A stretch of DNA of 64,000 nucleotides from positions 14,508,001 through 14,572,000 of the forward strand of contig OZ176050.1 in the NCBI GenBank assembly GCA_964247055.1, read 5' to 3'. The stretch comes from Paragordius varius. Taxonomy: Eukaryota > Animalia > Nematomorpha. Positions 36,147 through 48,371 of this stretch are shown in pieces (the first letter of the stretch is position 1; every line of letters begins with the position of its first letter). The notes beneath the pieces are model-generated. The model was given only the letters and a program-made list of their open reading frames with translations, was not told the DNA's origin and searched no databases. The position numbers and the translations under genes were made by a program.

Positions 36147-37367
36147 ATACTAGCTGGCCCTGTCACGCTTCGGTGTGGCGTAGATAATTATTCTTAATAA
36201 TTTGCAATAAATAGAGTTAATGGTATAAACATATTTATTAAAAGAATGTCTTTAATTATTCTTTTACGGGTTTTTGCATAGGCTAAAATATTGTTTACTC
36301 GAAATTGACCATATTCTGTCCCTTAGTAAAGTTAATATTCAACTATCACAGAATTTATATAAAGTTTACCGTTTTACGAAATCATGGTTAAATGTTTTAT
36401 TTGGAAATTGTGTTTCCACAGCTGGGATCAAGGGATATAAAAAGTGAATCATTTGTGGTCTCTTTTTAAAGGAAAGAATAATATTATACAAATTCCCCAG
36501 AAATGTGTTTAACATAACTCGTTAAGTTTTTTGAAAATTAGCTCAAAAACTACGTTATTTTTGTATGGCGTGTCAGTTTGAATCGGTAGACCCCTATCCA
36601 TAGACCTATATGGAAAAGCGCTGAATTAAATTATTTGCCTTTATATGGCAAATATTTGGAATTGGATACCATCGTCTCATGGGTTATTCAAAAAAATATC
36701 ATAACACTAAATAATCATATGTGATGGCGTATTTTTAGGGCATTAACGCCTCAAAACGGCTAATAAAAAAAGATCGACCTTAATTTTTACCTAGTTATGG
36801 GTATTATTGCAAGCTTTTAATGAGCTTATATGGCTTCATAAATTTTCTGTAAATTAGCTCCAAAACAACGCAATTTCTATATAATGGCGCAGTTTTAGCG
36901 GCTCTCTGATTAAGAAAAACACAAGACTAAAATTTTTGCCTTTTAACAGAGAAAACGGAATCCACAGTGATTTGTAACAATCTCATACCATTGGCAAAAA
37001 ATTATTTAATTTTTTGAAAAAATGGCATTTAACGGGTGGAACGGGTAAAAAGAGAGCCTAAATAAAAAAATAAGCCAACTATGTTCGGCGTCGAAAAAAA
37101 CCACAAAAATATATTTGAAATTGAATGGTCAAAAACGTTTTCCGAAAAATTGTCTCAAAGACACGATTTTTGTGGACTTGGGTTTTCAAAAAAAACCCGT
37201 TTTTACACGGAATGGGTCCGAACGGGAGCACAATTCAAAAAAAGGGCGAAGCTATTGTCGGGACATTCATCAATGTATTTTATTGACATTTGAATTTGAA
37301 TGGGTCTACCGGTTTTCGGGAAATAGATCACAAAGCCAGAATTTTCCATTTTTATAAATATATTGAT
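36147..37367 (+). mobile_element. Probable non-autonomous Helitron/Helentron-type (DINE-1/HINE-like) element
   Basis: Starts ATACTAGCTGGCCC followed by a stem-loop, has internal subrepeats, and ends with a short hairpin then a TTTATAAATATATTGAT tail; no coding capacity. Assigned by resemblance only. Confidence 0.45.
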
Positions 37368-39888
37368 TATAACGATAGAAATGCTAGTATAAACATTCTT
37401 TCCGAACCAGAGGATTTTATGATATATTTATCAAGATGATTTTTTTTTCTTTTATAACAATAATTTTACAAGTTAAAAAACATTTTTTTGTTAAATTTAT
37501 TTTTATTACTCGCGACCCCATAATTTTGCTACGCGACCCATAGTTTACGAAGCCCTGGTTTCTATGTAGAATACAAACTAATAAGCGCATATAATATATA
37601 ATGATGCCAAAATTGTAATTTTTTTCATATTTTTAATAAATATATGACAGATATTTTAGCCTATGGCCAAATATACATTTTAACTTTCAATTATCGAATG
37701 GTCATAAGATATATCAAATCATTTTTATAAGGTCATTTTAAACAAAAATAATTGCAATTTTTGAAAGCTTACCAAATATCGACCGCTTTGTTGACATCTA
37801 ATTATTTTGTTTTGCATTTTTACGCTTAAAAAATTAAACAAGCGATAATTAAATTTTTAGAAAACAGGTAAAAAATGTCTTTTTTGCTTTTATCTTTAAA
37901 TTTAAAAGAAGATGGTCCTTCCACTTAAACTTAAAATACTTTTTGACCTTGAAATTTATTACAAAATATGGTCGGTAGAGATATATAAGTGACATTTAAA
38001 TTCAATTATTTTTATTTTTTTAATTTTTATCAACCATTAACCAGCAATTATGAAGTTTTTTCAGCCATTTATCCATATTCTGGTAAATATTCTAAAATTT
38101 TAAATTTATGGTGATTGCAATCAATCTTTTAAATAAAAACTTAAATTTTTGCATTTCATTTATAATATTTTCAAAATTTTTACATAAAACCGTAGGTTTT
38201 AATCGTAGTTATGTTGGCTCTGAATATTAAATGGATAAATGGTCAAAAGACTAAAACCACAGGTAAAAAATATTTTAATTTAGTAAAATCTTTATTTTGA
38301 AATTATGTTGATAAGTCATGTAGCAGAGTAAACTTTTATAATTTAATTTTTAGATAAAAATATTTTTTTAAAATATTAATTTTTATTAAATAATTTTATA
38401 TAATCTATTAATATTTGATCATATTTTATATTTTAGCCACAATAGGTGAACCGCGTGCAAATTTCGCTTTGAAGTGATTTCCGTCGGTAGTGTTCTGGAA
38501 AATCTATATCCAAATTTACATTCTCTCAATAAATTTGAAACATTATAGTTTTAATTACGTTTAACATAACAGTGACATATTAATTTATTTATTATTATGT
38601 CTAAATAATAATTTAACACCTGGATACACATATTTCAGTCCTTTGATTTAAAATGGGTAAGTGGCCTATGTTCGAAATACATAGTTAATAACTGTTCCCA
38701 TTCCTCTGTATATCTATTTCCATATTTTGTAAGCAATTATAGTTTTTTCAAGTGGGGTTGAAACAAAACCCAATAATATCTTTTTTAAATTTTACCAAAC
38801 GTTTTTTTTTGAAGGGGGAGGGTTAAAACCCTTCTTTCGTTGTGTACTTATCCATAAATTGATTAAATTAATAACAGTACGAAATCGGGAAAAAATAACT
38901 TGATGAAACATATATTTTATGATAGGCAAATGTATCAGGATTATTATTCATAACACAAAATGGCAAAATAAGCGCTATTTTTTGCAAACTAAAATATATC
39001 ATATATCTATAAAAAGCAAAACAATGTTCTGAAAAAATTTACTTTCAGATGTAGGCTCTTAAAGTTCCAATTTTTTGCTCATCTATGCTAAATGATATCA
39101 GCTAAAAAAATTTCTAAAAAATGCTTATACTAAAATTTAATTTTCAGCTTTTGTTGAAGCCTTATAAAAAGGTATAAAAAGGCCTTAAGATTTATTAAAA
39201 CTCTTTTTTTATAATTTAATAATGAACCTTTCTATCAACTCAGATTTTCATTTCACATTTAAAAACAACACATTCTCTTAGTTCTTCAATTTAAGTGGGG
39301 GTTTGGATACCGCAGGCCTGTTTAAAATAATACTTAAAAAGTATGAGAGTTGTATCATGGGAAAAGGATGCACATATTAATAAAGTGAAATAAAAAAATC
39401 TCATTCACAATAAAATTACTAATTTAGAGGCTAAATTCTAAAGTTTAAATATAGTATTGATATATGTGCATTAGTTATATTCAATATAATACAAAAAAAC
39501 CACTCTTTCTGTTCCTATCAAGGTTAGATATAATTTAAATAAAAAAATAGCTTTCACGATTGGAGCATTCACAAAAGTGGAACTAACTTTCTATCAGCCA
39601 GAACCAAAAGCACTATGATAATCCTATGAATTTTCTTCAGAATTCGTTATTTTTTAAACTTTCCGATTTAGAACACAGCGTAATATATTATAATTTTTTT
39701 TATTGAACCATTTAGCTTTAACCAAAAAATATTATTCATGAAAGATGTGAGAAACAGCAAGTTCATGAGATGAACTGCCAAAACCCCTTGAATTTTTACA
39801 CTAATAGAAATGTATATTTTATCCTAATATTTTATTTTGTGTGCAGTACAATCTAATTCTAAATAAAAAAATTATACATCATAACTAG

Positions 39889-40468
39889 CACTTCGATTCA
39901 AATTGGGGTATCTAAATACCCCAGACTAAATTTAAATTAAAATTTTTAAAAAACTACCGAAGGAAACGGCCCAATTTAAATTTATGCATCTATCCCGATA
40001 AATATTATATAAATATGCCAAAATACCTTGATAAAATTTTGATTTGATAAAAAAGCTCCATCTCAAACTACGACGCCATTTTTATTTTAAATTTTTTTTG
40101 CAATAAATATCGTCTTTATTTAATATTAAGGGTAAAACTAAAGCTAATTTTTTATATAAATTACATCTAACATTGATAGAGATAGAAAAAGCTGTTTAGT
40201 TTGTAAAATTTTTCAAGTTTACAAATTGACACATGTCACGTTGACTAAATTTTTACCTTTCAGTTTTAACTCAAAATAAGTAATATCAAGTATTTTTATA
40301 TAATTTTTTTTATATATTTCGGTTTATTAATGTTATATAAGTGCAAAATTTTGCCATGGTTCTGATTCCTTCTATTTTTTTTAAAGAATTTGATTTTAAA
40401 CAGGCCTGGGGTATCCAACTACCCCAATTTGAATCGAAGGACTAAAATGAATGTGGTGCATCCAAGTG
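39889..40468 (-). mobile_element. piggyBac-type MITE (family PB) with CTAG target duplication
   Basis: CTAG|CACTTCGATTC..CATCCAAGTG|CTAG (39885-88, 40469-72). Confidence 0.88.
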
Positions 40469-40524
40469 CTAGTTAGTATTCAACTATTTTGTTTACGGTC
40501 GCCTGCAAAACACATTTTCACCTC

Positions 40525-40846
40525 ATGGCAAAAAGTATTCGAAGCAAGCGTAAAAGAAAGTTTCGAGCTTTGAAACGAGAACGGTTACAACACAAAGAAA
40601 CCAACAGACAAAGCATAATTTGCGAAAAACTCAATAATGTACCGACTTGTGATAAATGTATGTAAATCTTGAAATATAATGATTTTTTTAGTAAATATAG
40701 AGCAAGTGTCAGACAAAATGGACGAGGTGCCTAAACATAATCCTATAACACTTAAAGATGCAAATGGACAATATCCTAAATGGATGAGTCAAAGACGTAT
40801 GAAAAAACAAAAGCTGTTTAACAAAAAATTAAAGAAACGAAAATAA
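40525..40846 (+). CDS. LLPH: LLP homolog (learning-associated protein family)
   Basis: Exons 40525-40657 and 40692-40846 (34-nt intron): MAKSIRSKRKRKFRALKR..TLKDANGQYPKWMSQR. Confidence 0.93.
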
Positions 40847-41191
40847 TTTTTATTTTATCATAATAAATAACATTCATTATCACAATCCTTGGCTTTAACA
40901 TTTCATTTTCTACCTTCGGATCTAAAGTTCTGCATATACCATTGTTTTCAACTAGCACTGTCGTCTAAGAAAATATAAAAATAATCATATAGACAAAATA
41001 TACAAATTAACAAATAATTTCTCATGTTAACCACCCTTGATTTTAATAAATATAACTTAAAAAATTAGAAATTTACCTGGTAACAATTCAATTTAAGATT
41101 TCAAAATTGCATATGCCTTATGTAAGATATATCAAAGTTTACTAAGTATGTTATCATTTTTTTGCAAAAAAAACTTTGTTAATAATTTTTA

Positions 41192-43301
41192 CTATATAGC
41201 ATTCGTGCGTCTTAGTATGCAATTCATATGCTTTACGAAATCCATGTGATGTGAAAGGACAAATTTTATAAGCATTGCGATTGTAAAGGTATGGGCTAAT
41301 AAACTTAGTTTATCAGTTTGAAACATTGTTGTTGAAGTTAAAGAATGGTTTATTATTAGGGCTTTTTGAACGTCTAAATTATTCGCCGCACTTTGAATTT
41401 GTGTCAAGTTTAAAACGGTTGTGTTAACATCTAAATAAATTGTCATCAGGTGCAAAAAAATAAATTAAATGGGTATATAATTTTAGTCTTTTTAGTTGTT
41501 CAAGATAATTTAAATAAAAAGTTTTAAAAAAGGTGGTTAACTCGGAAAGAAAAGATAACGGTTTTATTTCTAATGGTGTGGCAGAATAAATTAAATTAAA
41601 ATAACAACGTATAAAAGTAAGGGTCTTTTACTTTAATCCTTCTTAATTTTTCTTAGAAAAACGATGAATTTGCATTTTTAATGTAAAATTAATAAAATAT
41701 GTGGAGATATTTGAAAATATATCCAATTTACATGCCTATTCTTAATACCTATGTAACCTAAGTGTATTTAAAAAAACGTCAAAAATATTGTTTTTATTTT
41801 CAGATTATTCACATGAAATACTACATTTCTAAAAATTACTTTTATTAATTATATATATAACCCTGAGTTTCAATAGAAATAGTAAAAAAAATAAATTATT
41901 TTATAAATCTGTGTGCATTTTCAAGTTTTTTTTTAAATTTTTGTTGGCTTTTCATATTTGATTTTTAATTACGTAATATTAATATTAAAAAAAATTAAAA
42001 AAAACGCCTATAAAATAAAGAAAATACTGGTAAAATTTCCAATCATACGTATAAGGTTTGCTAGAGTTAAAGGGCTTTGAAGTTTAGACAGTACAGTGTG
42101 GCCTTGAAGTAATGTTATTATGGGAACATAGGTTATGTCGAATTTGTAGGTTAAGCTATAAATGTTAAAAATATATACCATTTAGAGTTCAAATTCTCCC
42201 TTGAACAATTCAAATTCACCCTCATAAAATAAATTATTAGGTGTTTTAAGATTAAAAATTACCTTTATTTTATAATATTTTTAAAAAAAATAATAAACTA
42301 AGCCATAAAGATATATGTCATATTAATGATGAGTTATATTAACCCGAAAACACATAATTTATTTTTAGGGTGAATTTGAATTGTAAATGGTATATTAGGA
42401 ATAATTATTTTTATGAGTTAAAAACTTGAAAATAAATGCTAATTTATAATTAAAAGAATATTATTGGTTAAAAAAACCATAGTTAACAGGTTAATTGTGG
42501 TATAATTTGTTATTTCCCAATTTAAAAACGATAGGTAATATCCGATAAAATTAAAAAATTTCATTTGAACATATTCTTTTAAAATACATATTTTTTAATT
42601 AAATTTTACAAAAAAAATGCTATAAAAAAGGTAAAAAACTTGAAATAATTTTGAACATCCACGGCTAAAAAGAGAATTTCAGGCACATAGTCAGGTAAGA
42701 CATTAATTAATCGTGAGGCACGGTTTGAAAATGGACAATTTGGTTTATAAAAGTAATAACAAATACATAAATCTTCGAAATTATGTGAATTAAGAGCAGT
42801 TGATTGATTTTGTTCGGTATTATAGATTTCCGACATTTTCGAAATAAAAACTGAATCGTTAACTTTAGTTATGGCTGATGTGTTTACAAGCGTTTTTGTC
42901 GTGTTAGTCCCCTGAATACCTTTACCAGCTGTCATATTTTGTAATTCTACTGGAAGCTTTTGTCCATCATCCTCTAAAACTAAATAACTCAAGCGACGTG
43001 ACGGATTCAAAGGTGTCCCATATATTTTGGAGTTTAATAGTATAGGATTTTTGAGTTCGTATTGTTGCAAGAATTGTTGAGTAGCGTCTTTATCACACTT
43101 TATTTTTATGCGATCGACATAATCACTGAAAAATATGTAAACATTGTTCCCATAATGAAGCAATAAAGTTTCATTCGAATTATTTTGTGATCCATTAATA
43201 GGCGTAGCATTGTTGTAAGTATGATTTGTACTCGGTTTTATGGTTGGTTTATTTAAATTTAGCAGACTTAACAGGGATGTCAAATAATAATTGAAAAGCA
43301 T
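41192..43301 (-). CDS. TXNDC15: Thioredoxin domain-containing protein 15
   Basis: Exons 43301-42640, 42155-42028 and 41430-41192: CYYFYKPNCPFS..LPDYVPEILFLAVD/LTYKFDITYVPIITLLQG/..TDKLSLLAHTFTIAMLIKF (thioredoxin-like fold plus C-terminal TM). The exact 3' end is uncertain. Confidence 0.85.
42173..42392. mobile_element. Short F21 MITE copy in TXNDC15 intron 1
   Basis: TACCATTTA..TTCAAATTC left end and GAATTG-TAAATGGTA right end. Confidence 0.75.
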
Positions 43302-43367
43302 CGATGGGATAGCATACTTTCATTAAAGCACATTGATAAATTTTAAAACTGGAGCAAGGTACGGCTA

Positions 43368-46118
43368 ATGCGAAATCGCTCAAATTTTATTATTTTTCTT
43401 ATTCTTTCGGTTTTGATGGTTGCAACATTTATTTTCATTCCATTTAACAGTTTCTTAATGACATCAAACCTAAATGGTGACAAAGGTCATCACATTATCC
43501 CCAATCAAAGATTATCTACTAGCATTTTATCGCAACAAAATCACTATATGGGTAATAAGCGAATACTTCCTTCCGTTTTCTCATTTTTAAGGAATTACAT
43601 TCGATCGAAAGATGAAATAAATTATCACAACTCAAAAGAATCAAATCCCGTTCTTGAAGATTATGAGCGTCAAAACCAGATGTTACAAAACATAATATTG
43701 CGTTCGCGTCAACTTAATAGCATGTTTTTCACCAAAAGCCTTGAACTTAATGACGCGGAGTCTAATGTCGAACAAACCAAAGTTATTCAAGATCGTTTAA
43801 CGGCAAACGGGAAGAAAACAAGTCTCAACAAATCTCTCAACAACAATAATTTGAATCAAATGACAACCTCTTTGTCGGCTTATAATTTGTCACATTGTCG
43901 CAATACGTATCAAGGACCACTTTATGTCACGGATGAACGCGGTTACCTGTGTCTCATGAATGAGGTTTTACCCAATGGGTGTTGTAAAACACCCTTTACC
44001 ATTGGTCTTAAAAGCAGCGCCCCCTTGAACACTAATACATCAGCTGATAGCATTGAGCCAGAGATGGAGCATTTTAATGAGGTTGAAAACTATGTGATGG
44101 GCGGGCATGTCACCCTCAAAAATGAAAATAATAATTCGAAACAAATCCAACTTGCGTCCCCTACACATTTTAGTATCAGGTGATTTTAATATCATTTTTT
44201 TAAATTTGCTTTTTTATGCCTAAAATTTGGTTTTTGTGAACACATTCATTTCAGTCCTTCGATTCTAATTGGGGTAGTTGGATTCTCTAAAAAATATGGA
44301 AGGAATCGAGACCATGGCAAAATTTTGCACTTATATGACATTAATAAACCGAAATATACCATTTACAGTTCAAATTCACCCTTGAACAATTCAAATTCAC
44401 CCTTGAACAATTCAAATTCACCCTTGAACAATTCAAATTCACCTTCGAACAATTCAAATTCACCCTAAAATAAATTATGTGTTTTTTAAGATTATATATT
44501 ACCTATATTTTTTATATTTATAAAAAAAGAAATTTTGTATGTAATCAAAATAATACTAAAAAAAATAATAAACTTTGCCATAAAAATATATTTAATTTTA
44601 ATGATGAGTTATATTAGACCAAAGTTTCATAATTTATTTTTAGGGTGAATTTGAATTGTTCGAGGGTGAATTTGAATTGTTCAAGGGTGAATTTGAATTG
44701 ATCAAGGGTGAATTTGAATTGTTTAAGGGTGAATTTGAACTGTAAATGGTATATATAAAAAAATTTATTAGAAAATACTTGATGTTACTTATTTTAAGTT
44801 AAACCGAAAGGTAAAAATTTGGTCAACGTGACATGTGTGCTATGGAATATTGAAAAATAACACAAAATAAACCGCTTTTTCTATTTCAATCAATGTTAGA
44901 TATAATTTAAATAAAAAATTAGCTTTAATTTTACCCTTAAAATTAAAAGACGATATTTTGCAAAAATTTTGTAAAATAAAAATGGCGTCGAAGTAGTTTG
45001 ATATGGAGCTTTTTTTCAAAATTTATATAAATTTTATTAGGATAGAAGCATAAAATTAAATAGGTACCGCTTCCTTTAGTAGTTTTTTAAAATCCTAACT
45101 TAAATTTTGTCTGGGGTATTTAGATATCTCAATTTGAATCGAGTTAATTTGCTTTGGCTTATGCTATTTTTTAATATTCTCCATATATAGTGAGTAAATA
45201 ATGACAAATATTTGCTAAATTTGTCGCAATTTATAATAGCAAAGTGTTTACCTAAAATATATTGTGTGTTTGTTTTGGTAAATGTAAAATGTATGTGTTT
45301 ATATATGTTTCCTTATTAATTTATTATCTAATAAAAATTTTAAATAGGCATTCCCATACAAAGCTATTTTTGGATTTTCGATACTCAATTATATATCATT
45401 TTCCCAATATTCATATAAAGCAATTTATAAAAAAATTTTATGTTAAAAAGTAATGAGATCCTAATTTTTTTTTTAAATTGCAGCTAAAATTAATATTATA
45501 ATGGCATTTGATTAAAAATTACATGTTTATAGGAAAGGTATCATTTTTCTACATTGATTTTATAGATTATACTTTTTTGACTCTATTGAACATCCACCCA
45601 TATAACTATCGTTATCAAGGCCATTGAACCGGTTCGATTCCTAAGAATTTGAAAAATTGGAACCGTGGTGTTGATTCTCAAACTTTGGAACCGGAACCGG
45701 TTAGTTAAACTTAAACCGGGTAGATTCCGCCCCAAAACCGGTTATAGAAACGGTTCGAAGCCCTAGTTTATAAATATTACATTTTGCCTTGTGCGCTTTT
45801 AGGTATGATTGTTCCAAATGCAATGATCAACATTGTTGCCTAACCCTGGAACATTGTGTTTCGTGCTGTCTCTCACCCGCGCACAAATCCGCCATAGCCC
45901 GAGCCCTTCAAAAATGGGGCCATGGACCGGATCTTAGCCTGAGGCACGTGGTGACAAACGCTGATTTTTACGGCGCTTGCTTGGGTCGGTGTAGAACTTC
46001 ATCACTAAGTGTCGTTCATGAAAATGCTTACCGAGACCCTCATGCTAAACATTGTTTCGGACCAGCACTACCGACCATTGATGCAAATCAAATCGGCCTA
46101 CCTAATCGTGTTCGATAA
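43368..46118 (+). CDS. SPRING1: SREBP pathway regulator in Golgi (SPRING1/C12orf49, UPF0454)
   Basis: Exons 43368-44179 and 45803-46118: N-terminal TM, CRNTYQG..VTDERGYLC..NGCC, YDCSKC..CC..EHCVSCCL, CLGRCRTSSLSVVHENAYRDPHAKHCFG. Confidence 0.93.
44236..45143 (+). mobile_element. PB MITE carrying a nested F21 MITE (44359-44749)
   Basis: Colinear with 23096-23658 except for a 391-bp insert CCATTTACAG..CTGTAAATGG in a TA run. Confidence 0.88.
45616..45765. mobile_element. Small hAT-like MITE rich in AACCGG motifs
   Basis: CAAGGCC..GAACCGGTT / AACGGTTCGAAGCCCTA ends and multiple ACCGGTT repeats. Confidence 0.5.
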
Positions 46119-46460
46119 CTGTCTGTGGATGTAATGATATGTAGATGGCTCCTTTTTAAAAAAGTTAGGGGAGAGAAAGAAATGGTTATTTTAAACTATA
46201 TACGAAGATTAACTTTGAAAAGACAATCAAATCGGGCTACCTAATCGTGTTCGATAACTGTCTGTGGGTGTAATGAAATATAATGTGTAAAATAGATGGC
46301 ACTTTTTAAAATAATACAACTATTGAGAAGGGAAGAAATCTGTTTTTAAGAATGTGTGCAATTTGATCAATATGACAAGAAGATAAATCGAAAAAACTGG
46401 TCTACCTATTGAATCCATAACAATGATGTAACTGAAGTGTATAAAATAGATGGCCCCTAA
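46090..46460 (+). repeat. Diverged triplication of the SPRING1 stop-codon region
   Basis: CAAATCGG.CTACCTAATCGTGTTCGATAACTGTCTGTGG recurs about 138 bp later; a third, degraded copy lies near 46400. Confidence 0.8.
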
Positions 46461-46769
46461 AAGAGTAAGATTGAAAAAATGGTTGAATTAAATGTCAAGA
46501 GTTAAGTGAAAAGATAATTGAAAAAGTTTAAGAAAGTTCGAGAATATGGTAAAATGTTGCTATTTTTTTGGTGCTTTCTGGGGGGGACCGTGTTTGGAAT
46601 TGCAAGGGGAAAATTATATATGTTGGAAATGAATAGTTGAAAGTCTAACGAGAAAATATAATGTCATCAGGAATTATTTATACTTTTAATCTAACTGAAA
46701 TATTCACAAAATTACTCAATCAAGGTGCTACTTAACAACGATATATAATTTGTAAATTTATTTCTCAAA

Positions 46770-47120
46770 TCATGCAATATATATGGAATATTTTGTATTT
46801 ATATGTAATAATTGAAATTATGTACGGACAAAACGAATGGATGAAAATAGCTCAAACTTTGTGTTATAAAGACAAATATTTGTTTTTCCATAAGACAACC
46901 CTACCCGTTTTAAACCTTAAATTAAGCTCATAATAAATTTTATAACAATAATTTTGTTTTACCAATATGTATATCATTTTTATAATTTGCAGTTTAAAAC
47001 AATGAGTTTTAGATTTATAAAAATTAAGAATCAAAAAGTATCGGGTTGTCTTTTAGAAAAATAATATTTGTCTTTATATTTATACGTTTTGTCCGTATAA
47101 TTTCAGTTTTTACTGTATGT
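46770..47120. mobile_element. TA-flanked MITE family with CAGTAAAAATTGAAATTATACGGACAAAACG TIRs; further copies at ~52285-52580, 52740-53010, 57020-57540 and 60110-60420
   Basis: Recurrent inverted pairs of GGACAAAACG..AAAGACAAATATTT..GACAACC. Confidence 0.7.
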
Positions 47121-48371
47121 TATAATTTATAGTATAGTGATGAATAAATTGAAATTTATTTATTTTTGGATCCCTCTTCCCATTTTATAGTTTCTCTTTT
47201 AAACTTTTTTTCTTAAAAAAAAACTTTTCAAACACTGGATATACTCAAAAATCCAAATTTTCCACAAGATATATAAAATAGTAGGCTTTTAAAATAACGC
47301 ACAAACTTAATTACAATGATAATATAAAATAAAAAATTCTCATATATATATATATATATATATATATGTACGTATAAAAATTTTGCTTATATAAAAGATA
47401 ATATGAAAATGTCACCAAATGCGACACAGCCAGAGTGAGAAAGGTAATGTAATAAAAAAATTAAAGGTCAATACCTTTTAATAATAAGGTATAATAAAAA
47501 ATGATTACATCATATATTTATTACATTAAAAATTAAATAATTATATGTGATGTGGTTTTTATAATGCGATCATTAAAACCATGTACTTTGTTCAATGATA
47601 ATTATTATATATGAATAATTTTGTGATTAAAAAAATATTTTTTTATAGCTTTAAATCAAAAGTAAATCATTACAGAATTTATAATTATTAAAAATATTTC
47701 TTTAAGAATATAAATTATGTGCAAAAAATTTCCCGCTACACTTTTTTTGTACGAATGTATTACGATATATAAAAAAAGCATTCGAGAGAATTTTAATTGA
47801 AGGTTTTTCAACAATATATAGTATTAATGTTTCGAAACAACATTTTATTTTTTGGTGATTTAAAAATAAAAGCAAAAAAAATATTTTTATAGGGTTTAAA
47901 TTACTTTAAATAAAAGCTTAGGGGGTTAAAAACCACTAAATTTTATTTAATACTACTGCTCCATTGAAGCCTTAAGAAATAAAATCAATCATCTCTACAT
48001 TTATAAAAACACGCAAACTTTAAAAACAACAAATGTTTTCCATCAATGTTAGATTAATTGTAAATTCGAATCCAATAGACATATATATATGAAACATCTG
48101 AAGGTATAAATAATTATACTTTATTTAATAATAATAATATAATATATTAACGGTTTTTTTGGTTTTTTCGAACCAGTAAAAATGCATTGTAAGTAAAATA
48201 TAGTTAAAGATCCCAGAAATTGCAATAATTCTGTTATGCAAATGTCGATATTGTGCCCCTTTAGAATATATATATAAAATGCATTCAAAATTATAACACC
48301 GGAAACCATATGAATATAATATATGAAAAAATAATATTATCAATCTCAAATTTTTGCAAAATATTTCATTT

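Noticed and set aside
28535-37557. hAT-like ends (CAGGG.. at 28535, ..CCCTG at 37557) seemingly enclosing the whole TE nest
   Set aside because: The 8-bp flanks do not match (TTTTAGGT vs GTTTCTAT); they may be separate fragments.
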